Shown here piece after piece: positions 41,480 through 52,614 of a stretch of 64,000 nt of DNA. Origin of the DNA: an uncultured delta proteobacterium (GTDB taxonomy: Bacteria; Myxococcota_A; Polyangia; Polyangiales; Polyangiaceae). The notes beneath the pieces were generated by a model, which saw only the letters and a list, made by a program, of their open reading frames with translations, did not search any database and was not told the DNA's origin. Position numbers and translations under genes: made by a program. Within the stretch, counting starts at the first letter, position 1. Every line of letters starts with the position of its first letter. The stretch spans positions 3,648,001 to 3,712,000 of the forward strand of contig CAWAIF010000003.1 of the NCBI GenBank assembly GCA_963782055.1, read 5' to 3'.

Positions 41480-42450
41480 CAGAGGGGGTCGGTCGTGCGC
41501 ACGACGTTCATGCCGGCGCGCGCGAAGTCTTCCATGGCGCGGGCGGCCACGGCGGGAAAATCGAGCGCGGGCGGGAGCGGGTCGATCGGCGGCGCGGGCA
41601 CCGGGCTCATGGCGTCCTCGAGGACGTAGACCTTCCGCGCGAGGGCGGGGTCCCGCGCCTGGATGTGCGCCTGCATGTCGCGCAGGGTGGAGAGCACGCA
41701 GTGCGACTTGGCCTGACCGAAGACGTAGACGCGGTCGAAGCGCATCAGCGCGTCGAAGAGAGACTCATCGAACCCACCGACGGCGCGGCCGCCCAGCTCC
41801 GTCACCTCCGGCGAGAGGACGGAGTAGTTCTCGGTGAGGGGGCTCTGCCCCTTCTGCCGGAAGACGGTGGGCGTGTCGCGGGCGATGGCGTGGAAGATGG
41901 CCAGCTCCATCATCGCGGGGACGAGCGCGTGCGAGGCGCCGCCGAGCAGCGCGTGGTACGGCCAGATGGTCAGCACGTACTTGCCTCCCTCCTCCAGCTT
42001 GCGCACGTACTCGAGGCACGCCTCGCGCTCGCGCGCGGGGACCCAGCGGCCGCGCTGCACGTCCGCCCGGGTGATGGGCGTGAGGGGCGGCGGGTGGCGG
42101 CCCTCGGCGTCGACCCAGAAGCACGGGTGAAAGATCTGGTGGACGGCGTGCGTGTCGAGGGACAGGTAAAGCGCGGTGATGCGGCCGAGGTGGCCATAGA
42201 GGAAGCGAAGGGCGCGCGCGGTGTCCTCCTGCGCGCCGGGCACGAAGAGGCTGCCCTCGGGGTGGCAGAAGGCGACCTGCACGTCGATGCCGAAGGCGGC
42301 GATCTTCCGCGTGTCCTCCCGCGCGGGGGTGATGGCGTGCGCGCGAGCGAAGCGCTCCGCCTCTGCGGCGACGAGGCCGGCGCGCTCGACGTAGAGCTCC
42401 CCCACCCGCTCGGGCTCGAAGAAACCGGGCATGGGCAACATGACGCTCAT
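41479..42450 (-). CDS. pncA: Nicotinamidase (long isochorismatase-family type)
   Basis: IDVQVAFC (Asp), DTH, WPYH, KG..ENYS (Lys), AKSHCV (Cys). Confidence 0.85.
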   Translation of the reverse strand: MSVMLPMPGFFEPERVGELYVERAGLVAAEAERFARAHAITPAREDTRKIAAFGIDVQVAFCHPEGSLFVPGAQEDTARALRFLYGHLGRITALYLSLDTHAVHQIFHPCFWVDAEGRHPPPLTPITRADVQRGRWVPAREREACLEYVRKLEEGGKYVLTIWPYHALLGGASHALVPAMMELAIFHAIARDTPTVFRQKGQSPLTENYSVLSPEVTELGGRAVGGFDESLFDALMRFDRVYVFGQAKSHCVLSTLRDMQAHIQARDPALARKVYVLEDAMSPVPAPPIDPLPPALDFPAVAARAMEDFARAGMNVVRTTDPL

Positions 42451-43880
42451 CCTCTCTCGGCAATCTCGCGCTCGAAGACGTCTCGCGTGAGGCGGCGGGC
42501 GAGCGCGCCCGTCTCCTCCGAGAAGGCGACCTCCGCGTCCCCCGGCGCCGGGCGGCCGCCGGGCGCATCGGGGGCGCCGCTCAGAAGCGTGTATCCTGCA
42601 CGTACCGGCTCCCCCTCCTGCGCGATCACCCCGAGCGGGCCGCTGCCCGAGACGCGACGCCAGACCACCGGCTTGCCGGGGAGCGAGCGCTTGCCCACGT
42701 CGTTGGAGAACTTCATCACCGGGCCGCCGGACCAGCAGAGCTTGTAGGCCGCGGAGACACGGTCGCGCGTGAGGCCGCTCGGCGAGGGGCCGGCGACGAG
42801 CCACCCGCCGTAGCCGTAGAACTGCTCGTCCGGCCGGACGCCGTGCTCCTCGCGGAGCGACTCGAAGCGGCGGGTCTGCGCGGCGTCGAAGCCATCCTCC
42901 AGGATGTGCACCGGGCGCACGCCGAGACGCGCGGCCTCCCGCACGGCGACGGCGTACTGCGCCTCCTTGTCGCCGGAGTCGTAGCGGATGGAGTCGTGGG
43001 CGGAAGGGTCCTCCGCCATCAGCGCGAGCGCCTTGGGGAGGCCGGAGCGGAGGGTGTCGAAGGTGTCGAGCAGGAAGCTGGAGCGCTGGGGGCGGCGCTC
43101 CTTCATCGCGCGGAAGGCCGCCTCGTCCGCGCCGTAGCGCATGACGTGCTCGTGCCCCATGGTGCCGACCGGGATCAGCCCCAGGCGGCGGGCGCCGAGG
43201 ACGTGGCTGGTGCGGCCGATGCCGGCCTGCTTGCACGCCGCGAGGGCGATCATGTGCTGCGGGGCGCACGAGGCGGAGCGAAGCCCGACCTCGAACAGGC
43301 GTGCGCCGTCCTCCACGATGCCCACCAGCTCCGCCGCGCGCGCGGCGACGCGGGCAGCGTACTCCTCCTCCCGCGCCTCGATCGGGGGCGCGGACACACC
43401 CACGGCGTCCAGCGTCTCGCGGGCGATCTCGGCCTCGCGGGGGCAGGTGACCCACGCGAGCGCGCGGGCGAGCGCGGCGGGATCGGTGACGGCGAGGGTG
43501 GCGAGCTGGAGCCGGTAGTGGAGCTGCAGGACGAGCGGCTCCAGCCAGGAGACCAGGGCGGACGGACCGGAGAGGGTGAGCACAGGCTCGCCGCGCAGCA
43601 CCCAGGCCCCCCGCGGCGCGCCGCGCACCACAAGGGACGCGCCGCCCTGCACCGCCGCCTTGAAGCCGGCGCCCATCTCGTACTGGTTGGCGGCGAGGTA
43701 CTCGTAGTCCCCCGCGGCCGGCGCGGGGAGCATGGCCGCGATGGCGGCGGCGAGGTCCGTCGGGACGAGCTGGGGACCTCCGCGGCGGTGAGCGTAGTAG
43801 AACGTCTCGCGACGTAGCGGCCAGCCCGCCTCCGCCATGCTGAACTTGTAGCCGTCGGTGGTGAGAAGCGACGTGGTCAT
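42447..43880 (-). CDS. pncB: Nicotinate phosphoribosyltransferase (divergent)
   Basis: LTTDGYKFSM, EVGLR, GTMGHE, LLDTFD, IRYDSGD, YKL, KFS..KRSLPG. Confidence 0.85.
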   Translation of the reverse strand: MTTSLLTTDGYKFSMAEAGWPLRRETFYYAHRRGGPQLVPTDLAAAIAAMLPAPAAGDYEYLAANQYEMGAGFKAAVQGGASLVVRGAPRGAWVLRGEPVLTLSGPSALVSWLEPLVLQLHYRLQLATLAVTDPAALARALAWVTCPREAEIARETLDAVGVSAPPIEAREEEYAARVAARAAELVGIVEDGARLFEVGLRSASCAPQHMIALAACKQAGIGRTSHVLGARRLGLIPVGTMGHEHVMRYGADEAAFRAMKERRPQRSSFLLDTFDTLRSGLPKALALMAEDPSAHDSIRYDSGDKEAQYAVAVREAARLGVRPVHILEDGFDAAQTRRFESLREEHGVRPDEQFYGYGGWLVAGPSPSGLTRDRVSAAYKLCWSGGPVMKFSNDVGKRSLPGKPVVWRRVSGSGPLGVIAQEGEPVRAGYTLLSGAPDAPGGRPAPGDAEVAFSEETGALARRLTRDVFEREIAERG

Positions 43881-43896
43881 CGGGGCCTCGCTTCCG

Positions 43897-43934
43897 AAGG
43901 TAAGTCGGGAGAAAGAGTCGTCAAGACTTTTTCT
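43897..43934 (-). promoter_or_regulatory. NrtR-type operator overlapping the -35 of a sigma70-like promoter
   Basis: Palindrome AGAAAGAGTC-GTCAA-GACTTTTTCT (43910-43934, 9/10 arm match, GT-N7-AC core); minus strand TTGACG-16bp-TACCTT. Confidence 0.85.
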
Positions 43935-43982
43935 TCGGAACCCCGCCGCCGGCGGGCGGCCTCGGCTACGATACCCCTCGCG

Positions 43983-44222
43983 GTGCCCCAGTCGACGCGT
44001 CTCAACATCGTGAAGACGGCCCTCGCCGACATCGTCGAGCGGCTGGCCGAGATGGAGCTCACCCCGCGGGTGCGCGAGCTCCGCATCGAGGCGGCGGCCT
44101 GCTCGCGCATCGTCCGCTCCTGGGATGCCCAGTCCCCCAGCGAGGCGCAGCGCTCGGAGATGATGAGCAAGGTGCTCGATCTCAACGTGAAGGTGATCGC
44201 CGAGGGTCGAGACCGGAGCTGA
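43983..44222 (+). CDS. Small helical hypothetical protein
   Basis: 79 aa, GC3-biased codons, TACGAT upstream. Confidence 0.6.
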   Translation: MPQSTRLNIVKTALADIVERLAEMELTPRVRELRIEAAACSRIVRSWDAQSPSEAQRSEMMSKVLDLNVKVIAEGRDRS

Positions 44223-44245
44223 CCGTCACGCGCCGTCGTGCGGCG

Positions 44246-44722
44246 TCACGCCGGCAGCAGCATCGGGATGTCGACGCGGGTGGCCGACAGGGCGGAGGGC
44301 GGCACCGGGCGCAGCTCCGGGGCCCTCTCCGCGGGCGGCTCGCGGCGCGGCGGCCGCGCCCGCACGAAGGCGAAGGTGGTGGAGGTGAGCGCCACCTGAC
44401 ACTGCCGCTCGCCGCCGGCGCGGGGCCGCCAGAGGATGGCGCGCGCGCCGGGTCGCCAGGCGTGCACCACCAGCCGATCGCCGTCGTGGTCGACCACCCA
44501 GCCCATGAGCTGCATCCCGAGCATGGTGTTCTCGTGATCGGGGTCCTCGTCGCGACGAGCGACCTCGGTGCACACCGCGTCGACGAAGACGTAGACCGTC
44601 CGCATCGTCTCCACCCGACACCGACCGTCGAGGGAGGGCGGCAGGACGCGCGTCATCCACGCGCAGTCGGAGGCGGTGGCCAGCTCCTTGAGCCAGGCGC
44701 GACTGGAGGGGGAGGAAGTCAT
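44246..44722 (-). CDS. Hypothetical protein
   Basis: GC3-biased frame, globular-looking core VETMRTVYVF...VALTSTT. Confidence 0.6.
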   Translation of the reverse strand: MTSSPSSRAWLKELATASDCAWMTRVLPPSLDGRCRVETMRTVYVFVDAVCTEVARRDEDPDHENTMLGMQLMGWVVDHDGDRLVVHAWRPGARAILWRPRAGGERQCQVALTSTTFAFVRARPPRREPPAERAPELRPVPPSALSATRVDIPMLLPA

Positions 44723-44925
44723 GGACGGTAGTGTCGTACCCATACCCACCCAAGAGCACCTTCCGTGCCGGGAGGTTTCCTCCGAAATTGCAGCGTTTTC
44801 AGGCAATACCCCCAGGGTGCATCGCCCATTTCTGGGTGACGAGCGATCCACCGCGACCAGCCGCGGGCATCGCGCCGGGTCGCGTGACCGGAGCCCGGCG
44901 GCGGTTTGCACTAGGCTACGCGGCC

Positions 44926-47640
44926 ATGCGTGCATGGCCCCTCCTCATGATGCTCGCGGCCGCCTGCGCGGCGGTGCCCGCGGCGACGCCGCCCGCGCGA
45001 CCTCCCCTCGTCGCCGGGACGGCGCAGCCGCGAAGGGCGCCGCCTCCCCCGCCGCAGGCCAACGGACGTCTACCCGCGCTGGCCCGTCCCCTCCGCTACG
45101 CGCTCGACCTCCACGTCGACCCGGCTCGCCCCCGCTTCACGGGGGAGGCGACCATCTTGCTGCAGGTGCCCGCTCCCACGCGCTACGTCGTGATGAACGG
45201 TCGCGATCTGCACGTGACCGCGGTGACGCTCCGCACCGGCGCGAGGGAGATGGCCGGCACCGCCAGCTCCAGGCCCGCGGCCGGAAGCAAGGTCGCGAGC
45301 GAGCTGGTGCTCGCCTTCCCGCAGCCGCTCCCCGCGGGGCGTGCGACGCTGACCGTCGACTACGACGCCCCCTTCGGCGACGCGCTCTCCGGGCTCTACC
45401 GCGTGAAGGACGGCGGGCGCTGGTACGCCTTCACGCAGTTCGAGGCGGTGGACGCGCGCCGCGCCTTCCCCTGCTTCGACGAGCCCTCCTTCAAGACGCC
45501 CTTCGACGTCTCCGTGACCGTGCCCGGGGGGATGATCGCGGTGGCCAACGCGCCGGAGAAGGCGCGCGAGCCCGGCCCGGGCGGCACGACCTTCCGCTTC
45601 GCCACGACGCCCCCGCTGCCGAGCTACCTGGTGGCGCTCGCCGTCGGCGATCTGGACGTGCGCGAGGGCAAGAAGACGCCCGTCCCCGTCCGCGTCATCA
45701 CCACCAAGGGCAAGTCGGCGCTGGGCACGCAGGCGCTCGCCGCCGCGGCGGACCTGGTGGCGCTGCTCGGCGACTACTTCGGCATCCGGTACCCCTACGA
45801 GAAGCTGGACGTGGTGGCGGTGCCCGACTTCGCCGCCGGCGCGATGGAGAACGCCGGGCTGGTCACCTTCCGCGAGGAGGCGCTGCTGCTCGGCGAGCAC
45901 CCCAGCGTGCAGGCGCGGCGGCGGCTGGTGGGGATCGTCGCGCACGAGCTCTCGCACCAGTGGTTCGGCGATCTGGTGACCATGCGCTGGTGGGACGATC
46001 TGTGGCTCAACGAGGGCTTCGCCACCTGGATGGCCACCAAGATCTCCGCCCGCTACGAGCCGGCGATGCGCGCCGGGCCGCGCGCGGCGGCGAGCGCGGA
46101 GTGGGTCAAGGATCAGGATGGCCTCGTCTCCGCGCGCGCGATCCGGCAGCCGGTGTCCACCGTGGCGCAGGCGATGGATGCCTTCGACGGCATCACCTAC
46201 GACAAGGGCGCCGCGGTGCTCCGCATGCTGGAGCACACCGTGGGGGAGGACGCCTTCCAGAAGGGCGTGCGCGAGTACCTGCGCGCGCATGCGTGGGGCA
46301 ACGCGCGCGCCGACGACCTGCTCGCCGCGCTCGACCACGTGTCCGGGAAGGACACCCGCGCGGTGGCCGCGGCCTTCCTCGACCGCCCCGGCGTCCCCGA
46401 CGTGGTGGTGGACGAGACGCGGTGCGCAGCGGGCGGCTGGCACCTGCGCGCCCACGAGGAGCGGTGGCGGCCGCTGGGGAGCGCCCTGGACGCCGGCGCG
46501 CACTGGCGCGTCCCGATCTGCGCGCAGTCGGCGACGAAGGGCGACGCCGCGTGCGGCGCTCTGACCGACACGCCGCTGGTGCTGGACGGCAAGGGCCCCT
46601 GCCCTCTGGTGGTCAACCCCGGGGCCACGACGTACGCGCGCGTCGCGCTGCCGAAGGACGCGCTGGAGGCGCTGTTCGCGCCCTCGCGCGGTCGCGCGCC
46701 CTTCGAGGCGCTGGACGTGCCCACGCGCATCGCCACGCTGGGCAGCGCCTGGGCGGAGGTGCGTTCGGGGCGGCTGGACGCCGGCGCCTTCCTCGGCCTG
46801 CTGCACACCCTCGACGCCGAGACCGACCGCTACGTCGTCCAGGAGGAGATCGCCATCCTGTACGCGCTGCGCGACGCGACCGTCGACGACGCCACGCAGG
46901 CGGCGTTCGCCCGCTTCGCCGCGGCGCGGCTCCGCCCCCACGATCTGCGCCTCTGGCGCGTGAAGTCCCCGCTGGACGGTGACGGGCGTCTGCTGCGGCG
47001 ATCGGTGGACGCGGCGCTCGTCGAGCTCGCCGGCGACAAGGTGACGCTGGCGCGCCTCGCGAAGGTGGCGTCGACCCACCAGCCCGCCGACCCCGATCTG
47101 CAGCAGCTCGCGCGGGAGGTCGCCGGGCGCAGCGCCACCGTCTCCGACCTGCCCGCCCTGCGCCAGGCGGTGGCGAAGGCCGCGACGCCGGAGGACCGGG
47201 TGACGGCGCTCCGCGCGGCCGCGGCGGTCACCGACCCCGCGGCGGTGCGCGCGCAGCTCGACTGGATGGTGAGCGGCGCGGTCAAGACGCAGGACGTCCA
47301 CTACGTGCTGGGCACGCTGGCGTGGCACCGCGCCTCGCGCGACGCCACCCTCGCCTGGGCGCGCGCGCACTGGGACGCGCTGCGCGCCAGGCTGCCCGGC
47401 CCGCTCGCGCGGGGCCTGGTGTCAAACGCCGGATACGCATGCACGCGCCCCGATCTGGACGAGGCGCGTGCATTCTACACACAAAAAGCGCGGGACATCG
47501 AGGGCACGGAGAGGCCGCTCGCGCAGGCGCTCGAGCAGGCCTCCCTGTGCGTCGCCCTGCGCGAGGCCGCGGGCCCCGCGGTGCGCAAGGCGCTCGGCGT
47601 GACTACTGCTTCAGCAGCGGCCGCCCCTGCGCGTCGGTGA
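44926..47640 (+). CDS. M1-family aminopeptidase (lipoprotein) with ERAP1-like C-terminus
   Basis: [36 protein letters not shown]; lipobox AAAC. Confidence 0.95.
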   Translation: MRAWPLLMMLAAACAAVPAATPPARPPLVAGTAQPRRAPPPPPQANGRLPALARPLRYALDLHVDPARPRFTGEATILLQVPAPTRYVVMNGRDLHVTAVTLRTGAREMAGTASSRPAAGSKVASELVLAFPQPLPAGRATLTVDYDAPFGDALSGLYRVKDGGRWYAFTQFEAVDARRAFPCFDEPSFKTPFDVSVTVPGGMIAVANAPEKAREPGPGGTTFRFATTPPLPSYLVALAVGDLDVREGKKTPVPVRVITTKGKSALGTQALAAAADLVALLGDYFGIRYPYEKLDVVAVPDFAAGAMENAGLVTFREEALLLGEHPSVQARRRLVGIVAHELSHQWFGDLVTMRWWDDLWLNEGFATWMATKISARYEPAMRAGPRAAASAEWVKDQDGLVSARAIRQPVSTVAQAMDAFDGITYDKGAAVLRMLEHTVGEDAFQKGVREYLRAHAWGNARADDLLAALDHVSGKDTRAVAAAFLDRPGVPDVVVDETRCAAGGWHLRAHEERWRPLGSALDAGAHWRVPICAQSATKGDAACGALTDTPLVLDGKGPCPLVVNPGATTYARVALPKDALEALFAPSRGRAPFEALDVPTRIATLGSAWAEVRSGRLDAGAFLGLLHTLDAETDRYVVQEEIAILYALRDATVDDATQAAFARFAAARLRPHDLRLWRVKSPLDGDGRLLRRSVDAALVELAGDKVTLARLAKVASTHQPADPDLQQLAREVAGRSATVSDLPALRQAVAKAATPEDRVTALRAAAAVTDPAAVRAQLDWMVSGAVKTQDVHYVLGTLAWHRASRDATLAWARAHWDALRARLPGPLARGLVSNAGYACTRPDLDEARAFYTQKARDIEGTERPLAQALEQASLCVALREAAGPAVRKALGVTTASAAAAPARR

Positions 47641-47821
47641 ACTTGCCGGTGACGATCATGATGAGATCGATCAGCGTCCAGATGCCGCACCCACCCAGGG
47701 TGAGGAGCATCGCGATGCCGCTACCGGTCTTGCCCACGTAGAAGCGGTGGACGCCGAGGCTGCCCACCAGCACACAAAGAAGAAGGGTCGTCATCCAGGG
47801 CTTCTGCTCGCCGTTGCTCAT
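47603..47821 (-). CDS. TM2-domain protein
   Basis: [30 protein letters not shown]. Confidence 0.9.
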   Translation of the reverse strand: MSNGEQKPWMTTLLLCVLVGSLGVHRFYVGKTGSGIAMLLTLGGCGIWTLIDLIMIVTGKFTDAQGRPLLKQ

Positions 47822-48007
47822 TGGTCTCTCCCCGAGGCATTCTGCGGCGGACGCGCCGCGTTTGGTTTCGCTGGCCATGTACGGCGGCACCCGCTGGACC
47901 TTCCCCGCCGCCGAGGAGGGGCATCCTGCCGCAGCGGGTCGCGGGGCGTCAAACGGGAACCGACCGCCCGTGCGACGGGAACGGATCCGGGAGCATCTCC
48001 AGAGACC

Positions 48008-50500
48008 ATGCGGACCACGCTCACCCGAACGCTGCCGGAGGGCCTCGAGACGCTGGCGGAGCTCGCGCTGGACCTGCGCTGGATGTGGAGTCACTCCGGC
48101 GACGCGCTCTGGCGAGAGCTCGACGCGCAGGCGTGGAAGCGGACGTCCAATCCCTGCTACATCCTCCAGAACGTCCCGCAGGACCGACTGGATGCGCTCG
48201 CGCGGAGCGCCACCTTCGGCACCGAGCTCGCGAGGTTGCTGGCGGAGCGCCAGGCCTACCTGGAGGGGCCCACCTGGTGCGCCGACGAGGCCCCGGGCCT
48301 CGTCGGCGAGACGGTGGCCTACTTCTCGATGGAGTTCGGGCTGGGCGAGGCGCTCCCCCTCTATGCCGGCGGGCTGGGCATCCTCGCCGGGGACTACCTG
48401 AAGACCGCGAGCGATCTCGGCCTGCCCGTCGTGGGCGTGGGGATCCTCTTCCAGGAGGGTTACTTCCGGCAGACGATCGACATCGACGGGCGGCAGCGCG
48501 AGACCTACCCGTACAACGATCCGTCCTTCCTGCCGGTGCAGCCTGCGTCCGCGCAGAAGGGCGGCTGGCTGCGCGTGTCGCTGGACCTGCCGGGCCGCAC
48601 GCTGTGGCTGCGCGTGTGGCGCGCGCGCATCGGCCGGACCGACCTGTATCTCCTGGACGCCAACGATCCGGTCAACTCCCCGCGCGACCGCGGCATCACG
48701 ACGCGCCTCTACGGGGGCGACCAGGAGATGCGCCTGTTGCAGGAGATGGTGCTCGGCATCGGCGGCTGGAAGGCGCTGGTGGCGCTGGGCATCGAGGCGG
48801 GGGTGGCGCACCTGAACGAGGGGCACGCGGCGCTCGCCGTGGTGGAGCGCGCGCGGCAGCTCATGAGGCGGCAGCGCCTCAGCTTCGACGAGGCGCTCTG
48901 GGCGACACGCGCAGGCAACCTGTTCACCACGCATACGCCCGTCGCCGCGGGCTTCGACGTCTTCGACCCGCGCCTGTTCGCCACCTACTTCCCCCCGTTC
49001 GGCCCGTACGTCGGGGAGGCGGGGATCCCGCTCGATCGACTCATGGCGCTCGGCCGGCGCGACCCGCGCGACGCCGCTGAGCCGGTCAACATGGCGTATG
49101 TGGCGCTGCGCGGGTGCGCGCGCATCAACGGCGTGAGCCGCCTCCACGGCGAGGTGAGCCGCCAGCTCTTTGCGCCGCTCTTCCCGCGCTGGCCGCTCGC
49201 GGAGGTGCCGGTGGATCACGTCACCAACGGCGTCCACGTGCCCTCTTGGGACTCGCCGGAGGCGGACGCTCTGTGGACGCGCGCCGGCGGCAAGGGACGC
49301 TGGCGCGGCTCGGTGGAGGCCATCGGCGACGTGGTGGGCACGCTCGCCGACGCGGACCTGTGGGAGATGCGCGCGGCAGAGCGGGCGCGGCTCGTGGACC
49401 AGGCGCGCGAGCGCCTCGCGGTGCACCTGGCGCAGCGCGGAGCCGGGCCGGAGGCGGTGGCCGGCGCCACGCAGGTGCTCGACCCCAACGTCCTCACGCT
49501 CGGCTTCGCCCGGCGATTCGCCGAGTACAAGCGACCTACCCTGCTGCTGCAAGACCCGGAGCGCTTCGCCCGGATCCTGCTGGACGCGAGGCGACCCGTG
49601 CAGATCGTGGTGGCGGGCAAGGCGCACCCCGCCGACGAGCACGGCAAGGGCATGATCGCCGAGTGGGTCGCCTTCGTCGCCCGGCCCGACGTCCGCCGGC
49701 GCGCGGTCTTCCTGGAGGACTACGACATGGTCCTCGCCGAGCACCTCGTGGAGGGCGTGGACGTGTGGATCAACACCCCGCGCCGGCCGTGGGAGGCCTG
49801 CGGCACCAGCGGCATGAAGGTGCTCGCCAACGGGGGGCTCAACCTCTCCGAGACCGATGGTTGGTGGGCCGAGGCCTCCTCGCCGGAGGTGGGGTGGGCG
49901 CTGGAGGCCGGAAGGGACGACGCCACCGCGCTCTACGAGCTGCTGGAGCGCGAGGTGGTGCCGGAGTTCTACGACCGCGGCCCGGACGGCATCCCGGCGC
50001 GCTGGGTGGAGCGGATCCGCGCGAGCATGTCCCGGCTCGCCCCCCAGTTCAGCAGCAACCGCATGGCCCGCGAGTACGCCCAGCTCTACGAGCCAGCGGT
50101 GGCCGAGTACCGCCTGCGCACCGCGGGCGGCGCGGGCCGCGCGCGGGAGCTCGCGCTCTGGGAGCGCGAGCTGTCGAAGCGCTGGGGCGAGATCCACTTC
50201 GGCCCGGTGACGAAGGCCGAGGTCGACGGGCAGACCGAGCTCCGCGTGGATGCCTACCTCGGCGGCCTGGCCCCGGAGGCCGTGCAGGTCGAGCTGTACA
50301 CCGAGCGGCCGGCGGGGGCGGAGGCGTGCTGCGTGGTGATGGACGATCTGGCGCCGCTCTCCGGCGCGACCCACGGACGGGTGTACGTCGCTCGGACCCC
50401 GCCCGGGCGCGTGGCCGAGGACTACACGCCGCGGGTCGTGCCACGGCGCGACGCGGTCCGGATCCCTGCCGAGCTACCGCTGATCCTCTGGCAGCGCTAG
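48008..50500 (+). CDS. glgP: Alpha-glucan (glycogen) phosphorylase
   Basis: [53 protein letters not shown]. Confidence 0.96.
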   Translation: MRTTLTRTLPEGLETLAELALDLRWMWSHSGDALWRELDAQAWKRTSNPCYILQNVPQDRLDALARSATFGTELARLLAERQAYLEGPTWCADEAPGLVGETVAYFSMEFGLGEALPLYAGGLGILAGDYLKTASDLGLPVVGVGILFQEGYFRQTIDIDGRQRETYPYNDPSFLPVQPASAQKGGWLRVSLDLPGRTLWLRVWRARIGRTDLYLLDANDPVNSPRDRGITTRLYGGDQEMRLLQEMVLGIGGWKALVALGIEAGVAHLNEGHAALAVVERARQLMRRQRLSFDEALWATRAGNLFTTHTPVAAGFDVFDPRLFATYFPPFGPYVGEAGIPLDRLMALGRRDPRDAAEPVNMAYVALRGCARINGVSRLHGEVSRQLFAPLFPRWPLAEVPVDHVTNGVHVPSWDSPEADALWTRAGGKGRWRGSVEAIGDVVGTLADADLWEMRAAERARLVDQARERLAVHLAQRGAGPEAVAGATQVLDPNVLTLGFARRFAEYKRPTLLLQDPERFARILLDARRPVQIVVAGKAHPADEHGKGMIAEWVAFVARPDVRRRAVFLEDYDMVLAEHLVEGVDVWINTPRRPWEACGTSGMKVLANGGLNLSETDGWWAEASSPEVGWALEAGRDDATALYELLEREVVPEFYDRGPDGIPARWVERIRASMSRLAPQFSSNRMAREYAQLYEPAVAEYRLRTAGGAGRARELALWERELSKRWGEIHFGPVTKAEVDGQTELRVDAYLGGLAPEAVQVELYTERPAGAEACCVVMDDLAPLSGATHGRVYVARTPPGRVAEDYTPRVVPRRDAVRIPAELPLILWQR

Positions 50501-50670
50501 TCGACGTTCTGGTCACCCCTCCGCTGCCCGCGCAAACGGCTCGCAAGGGCGCAAGAACCTCTCTACAGGCGCTGGCGGCGGGGGCGCGCGAGCCACCAGG
50601 CGACTGGACACAACCTCTCCACAACCGGACCCGCAAGGCGCGCGCCGGCGACCTGCGCAGCAGCGGCGTG

Positions 50671-50686
50671 GGGCACGCGTCATGCT
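50671..50686 (+). promoter_or_regulatory. Candidate sigma54 promoter
   Basis: GGGCACGCGTCATGCT (GG-N10-GC) 20 nt upstream of the ATG. Confidence 0.5.
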
Positions 50687-50706
50687 ACCGATGGACGGTG
50701 GAGACG

Positions 50707-52293
50707 ATGGGAACGCTGAAGGACGACCTGCTTCACGCCGGGGCCTTTCCGGGGGCCGAGGGGGAGATCGAGCTGGCGGAGACGCACGCGTCGTGGGTGT
50801 TCCTCGTCGGCGGGGAGGTCTTCAAGGTCAAGAAGCCGGTCGACTTCGGCTTCCTCGACTTCTGCACGCGCGAGCGCCGGCGCGCGGCGTGCGAGGCGGA
50901 GGTGTCCCTCAACGCGCGCCTCGCCCCCGACGTCTACCTGGGCGTGCTGCCGGTGCGCCGCGACCGGAACGGGGTGCACAGCGTCAACGGGCCGGGGGAG
51001 ACGGTGGACTGGGCCGTCCACATGGTGCGCCTCCCTGACGAGCAGCGGGCCGACCAGCGGCTCGCCCGCGGCGCGCTCTCCGGCGCCGACGTGGACGCCA
51101 TCGCCGCGCGCATCGCCGACTTTCACGAGCGCGCGCGGCACGATCAAGCCACCGCGAGCTTCGGCACGGCGGACGCGGTGGGCTGGAGCGTCCGGGAGAA
51201 CTTCGCGCAGACGCGCGGTGTGGTGGAGCGGTCCGTCGACCCCGAGGACGCGCGCGACATCGAGCGCTGGCAGACCGACTTCCTCCGCGAGCATACCGCC
51301 CTCTTCGACGCGCGCATCGCCGCGGGGCGCGTGCGCGATGGCCACGGCGACCTGCGGCTGGAGCACGTGTACCTGCGCCCGCAGGGCATCACCATCATCG
51401 ACTGCATCGAGTTCAACGAGCGCTTCCGCTTCGCCGACGTGTGCGCCGACCTGGCGTTCCTCTCGATGGACCTGGCGTACGCGGGCCGCGCAGACCTCGC
51501 CGAGCGCCTGCTCGCCCGCTATGCGCGCGACACCAACGACTTCGACCTCTACGCCCTGGTCGACTTCTACGAGAGCTACCGCGCCTACGTGCGGGCGAAG
51601 GTCTCGCTGATGCTGGCCGCCGACGAGGGCGCCGACCCTCGGCTGCGCGCGAAGGCCTCCGCGGAGGCGCGCCGCTACTTCCTGCTCGCCCTCTCGGCCG
51701 ATCGGCGGCCGCTGCTGGCGCCCGCGCTGGTCTGCGTCGGAGGCATCATCGCCTCGGGCAAGAGCACCATCGCCGCGCAGATCGCCGAGGAGCTGGACGC
51801 CCCGGTGGTGGAGGCCGACCGCACGCGCAAGCACATGATCGGCGTGGCGCCGCGCACGCCGGTGCACGACAAGGCGTGGAAGGGCGCCTACGATCCGGGG
51901 TTCACCGAGCAGGTCTACGCCGAGGTGCGCCGGCGCGCGCGCGTGGTGCTGGACTCCGGGCGGCCGGTGGTGATGGACGCGTCCTTCCGCTCGCGCCCCA
52001 TGCGGGCGGCGGCACGCGCGCTCGCCGAGGAGGCGGGCGTGCCCTTCCTCTTCGTGGAGTGCCGGGCGGACGCGGCGATCTGCAGGGAGCGCCTGGTGCG
52101 CCGTCGGCGCGAGACGGGCGTCTCCGACGGGCGGCTGGAGATTTTCGAGGATTTCTGCGCGCGCGTGGAGCCGGTGACGGAGCTCGGGGCGAGGGATCAC
52201 CTGGTGCTGGACACCTCGCTTCCGCTGGAGGAGAGCGTGGCGGCGCTGCGGGAGCGGCTGGCGGTGTGGCCGAGGGGGTTGGGGGGGCCTTAA
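50707..52293 (+). CDS. Phosphotransferase (APH-like) + P-loop kinase (AAA_33) fusion
   Basis: ETHASWVFL..KVKKPV, GHGDL, IDCIEF; GIIASGKST, SDG. Confidence 0.9.
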   Translation: MGTLKDDLLHAGAFPGAEGEIELAETHASWVFLVGGEVFKVKKPVDFGFLDFCTRERRRAACEAEVSLNARLAPDVYLGVLPVRRDRNGVHSVNGPGETVDWAVHMVRLPDEQRADQRLARGALSGADVDAIAARIADFHERARHDQATASFGTADAVGWSVRENFAQTRGVVERSVDPEDARDIERWQTDFLREHTALFDARIAAGRVRDGHGDLRLEHVYLRPQGITIIDCIEFNERFRFADVCADLAFLSMDLAYAGRADLAERLLARYARDTNDFDLYALVDFYESYRAYVRAKVSLMLAADEGADPRLRAKASAEARRYFLLALSADRRPLLAPALVCVGGIIASGKSTIAAQIAEELDAPVVEADRTRKHMIGVAPRTPVHDKAWKGAYDPGFTEQVYAEVRRRARVVLDSGRPVVMDASFRSRPMRAAARALAEEAGVPFLFVECRADAAICRERLVRRRRETGVSDGRLEIFEDFCARVEPVTELGARDHLVLDTSLPLEESVAALRERLAVWPRGLGGP

Positions 52294-52302
52294 GCGATTT
52301 GT

Positions 52303-52424
52303 GGGGTTGGGGCTGGGGTCGGGGTCGGGGTTGGGGGCTGGGGTCGGGGTCGGGGTTGGGGTCAGGGGTCGGGGCTGGGGTCGGGGTCGGGGTTGGGGTC
52401 AGGGCTGGGGTCGGGGTCGGGGCT
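52303..52424. repeat. G-rich hexamer tandem array (GGGGTC/GGGGCT/GGGGTT), about 20 units
   Basis: Read directly from the sequence. Confidence 0.95.
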
Positions 52425-52469
52425 TGAACCCGGGTGAACATGCTCGCCGCGCCCAGGGAATGGGCGGAC

Positions 52470-52614
52470 GCGAGGGGTCGCGTCTTGGTCGGTCACGCCT
52501 TTGCGCGCAGGATTCCTGCCAGCGCTGGGCGCGGTGTGTGTACGATGCACGTATCGCACTGTCATGAATCCTGCGCGATGGGGGGGCATGACCGACCAAG
52601 ACACGACCCCTCGC
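52470..52614. repeat. Long inverted repeat covering the start of four-helix-bundle gene 1
   Basis: 52470-52499 vs 52585-52614 (28/30 complementary); inner 52504-52515 vs 52566-52577 (12/12). Confidence 0.92.

Noticed and set aside
47603..47640. 38-bp convergent overlap of the aminopeptidase and TM2 genes
   Set aside because: Short 3' overlaps are common in GC-rich genomes, and the aminopeptidase tail is low-complexity.
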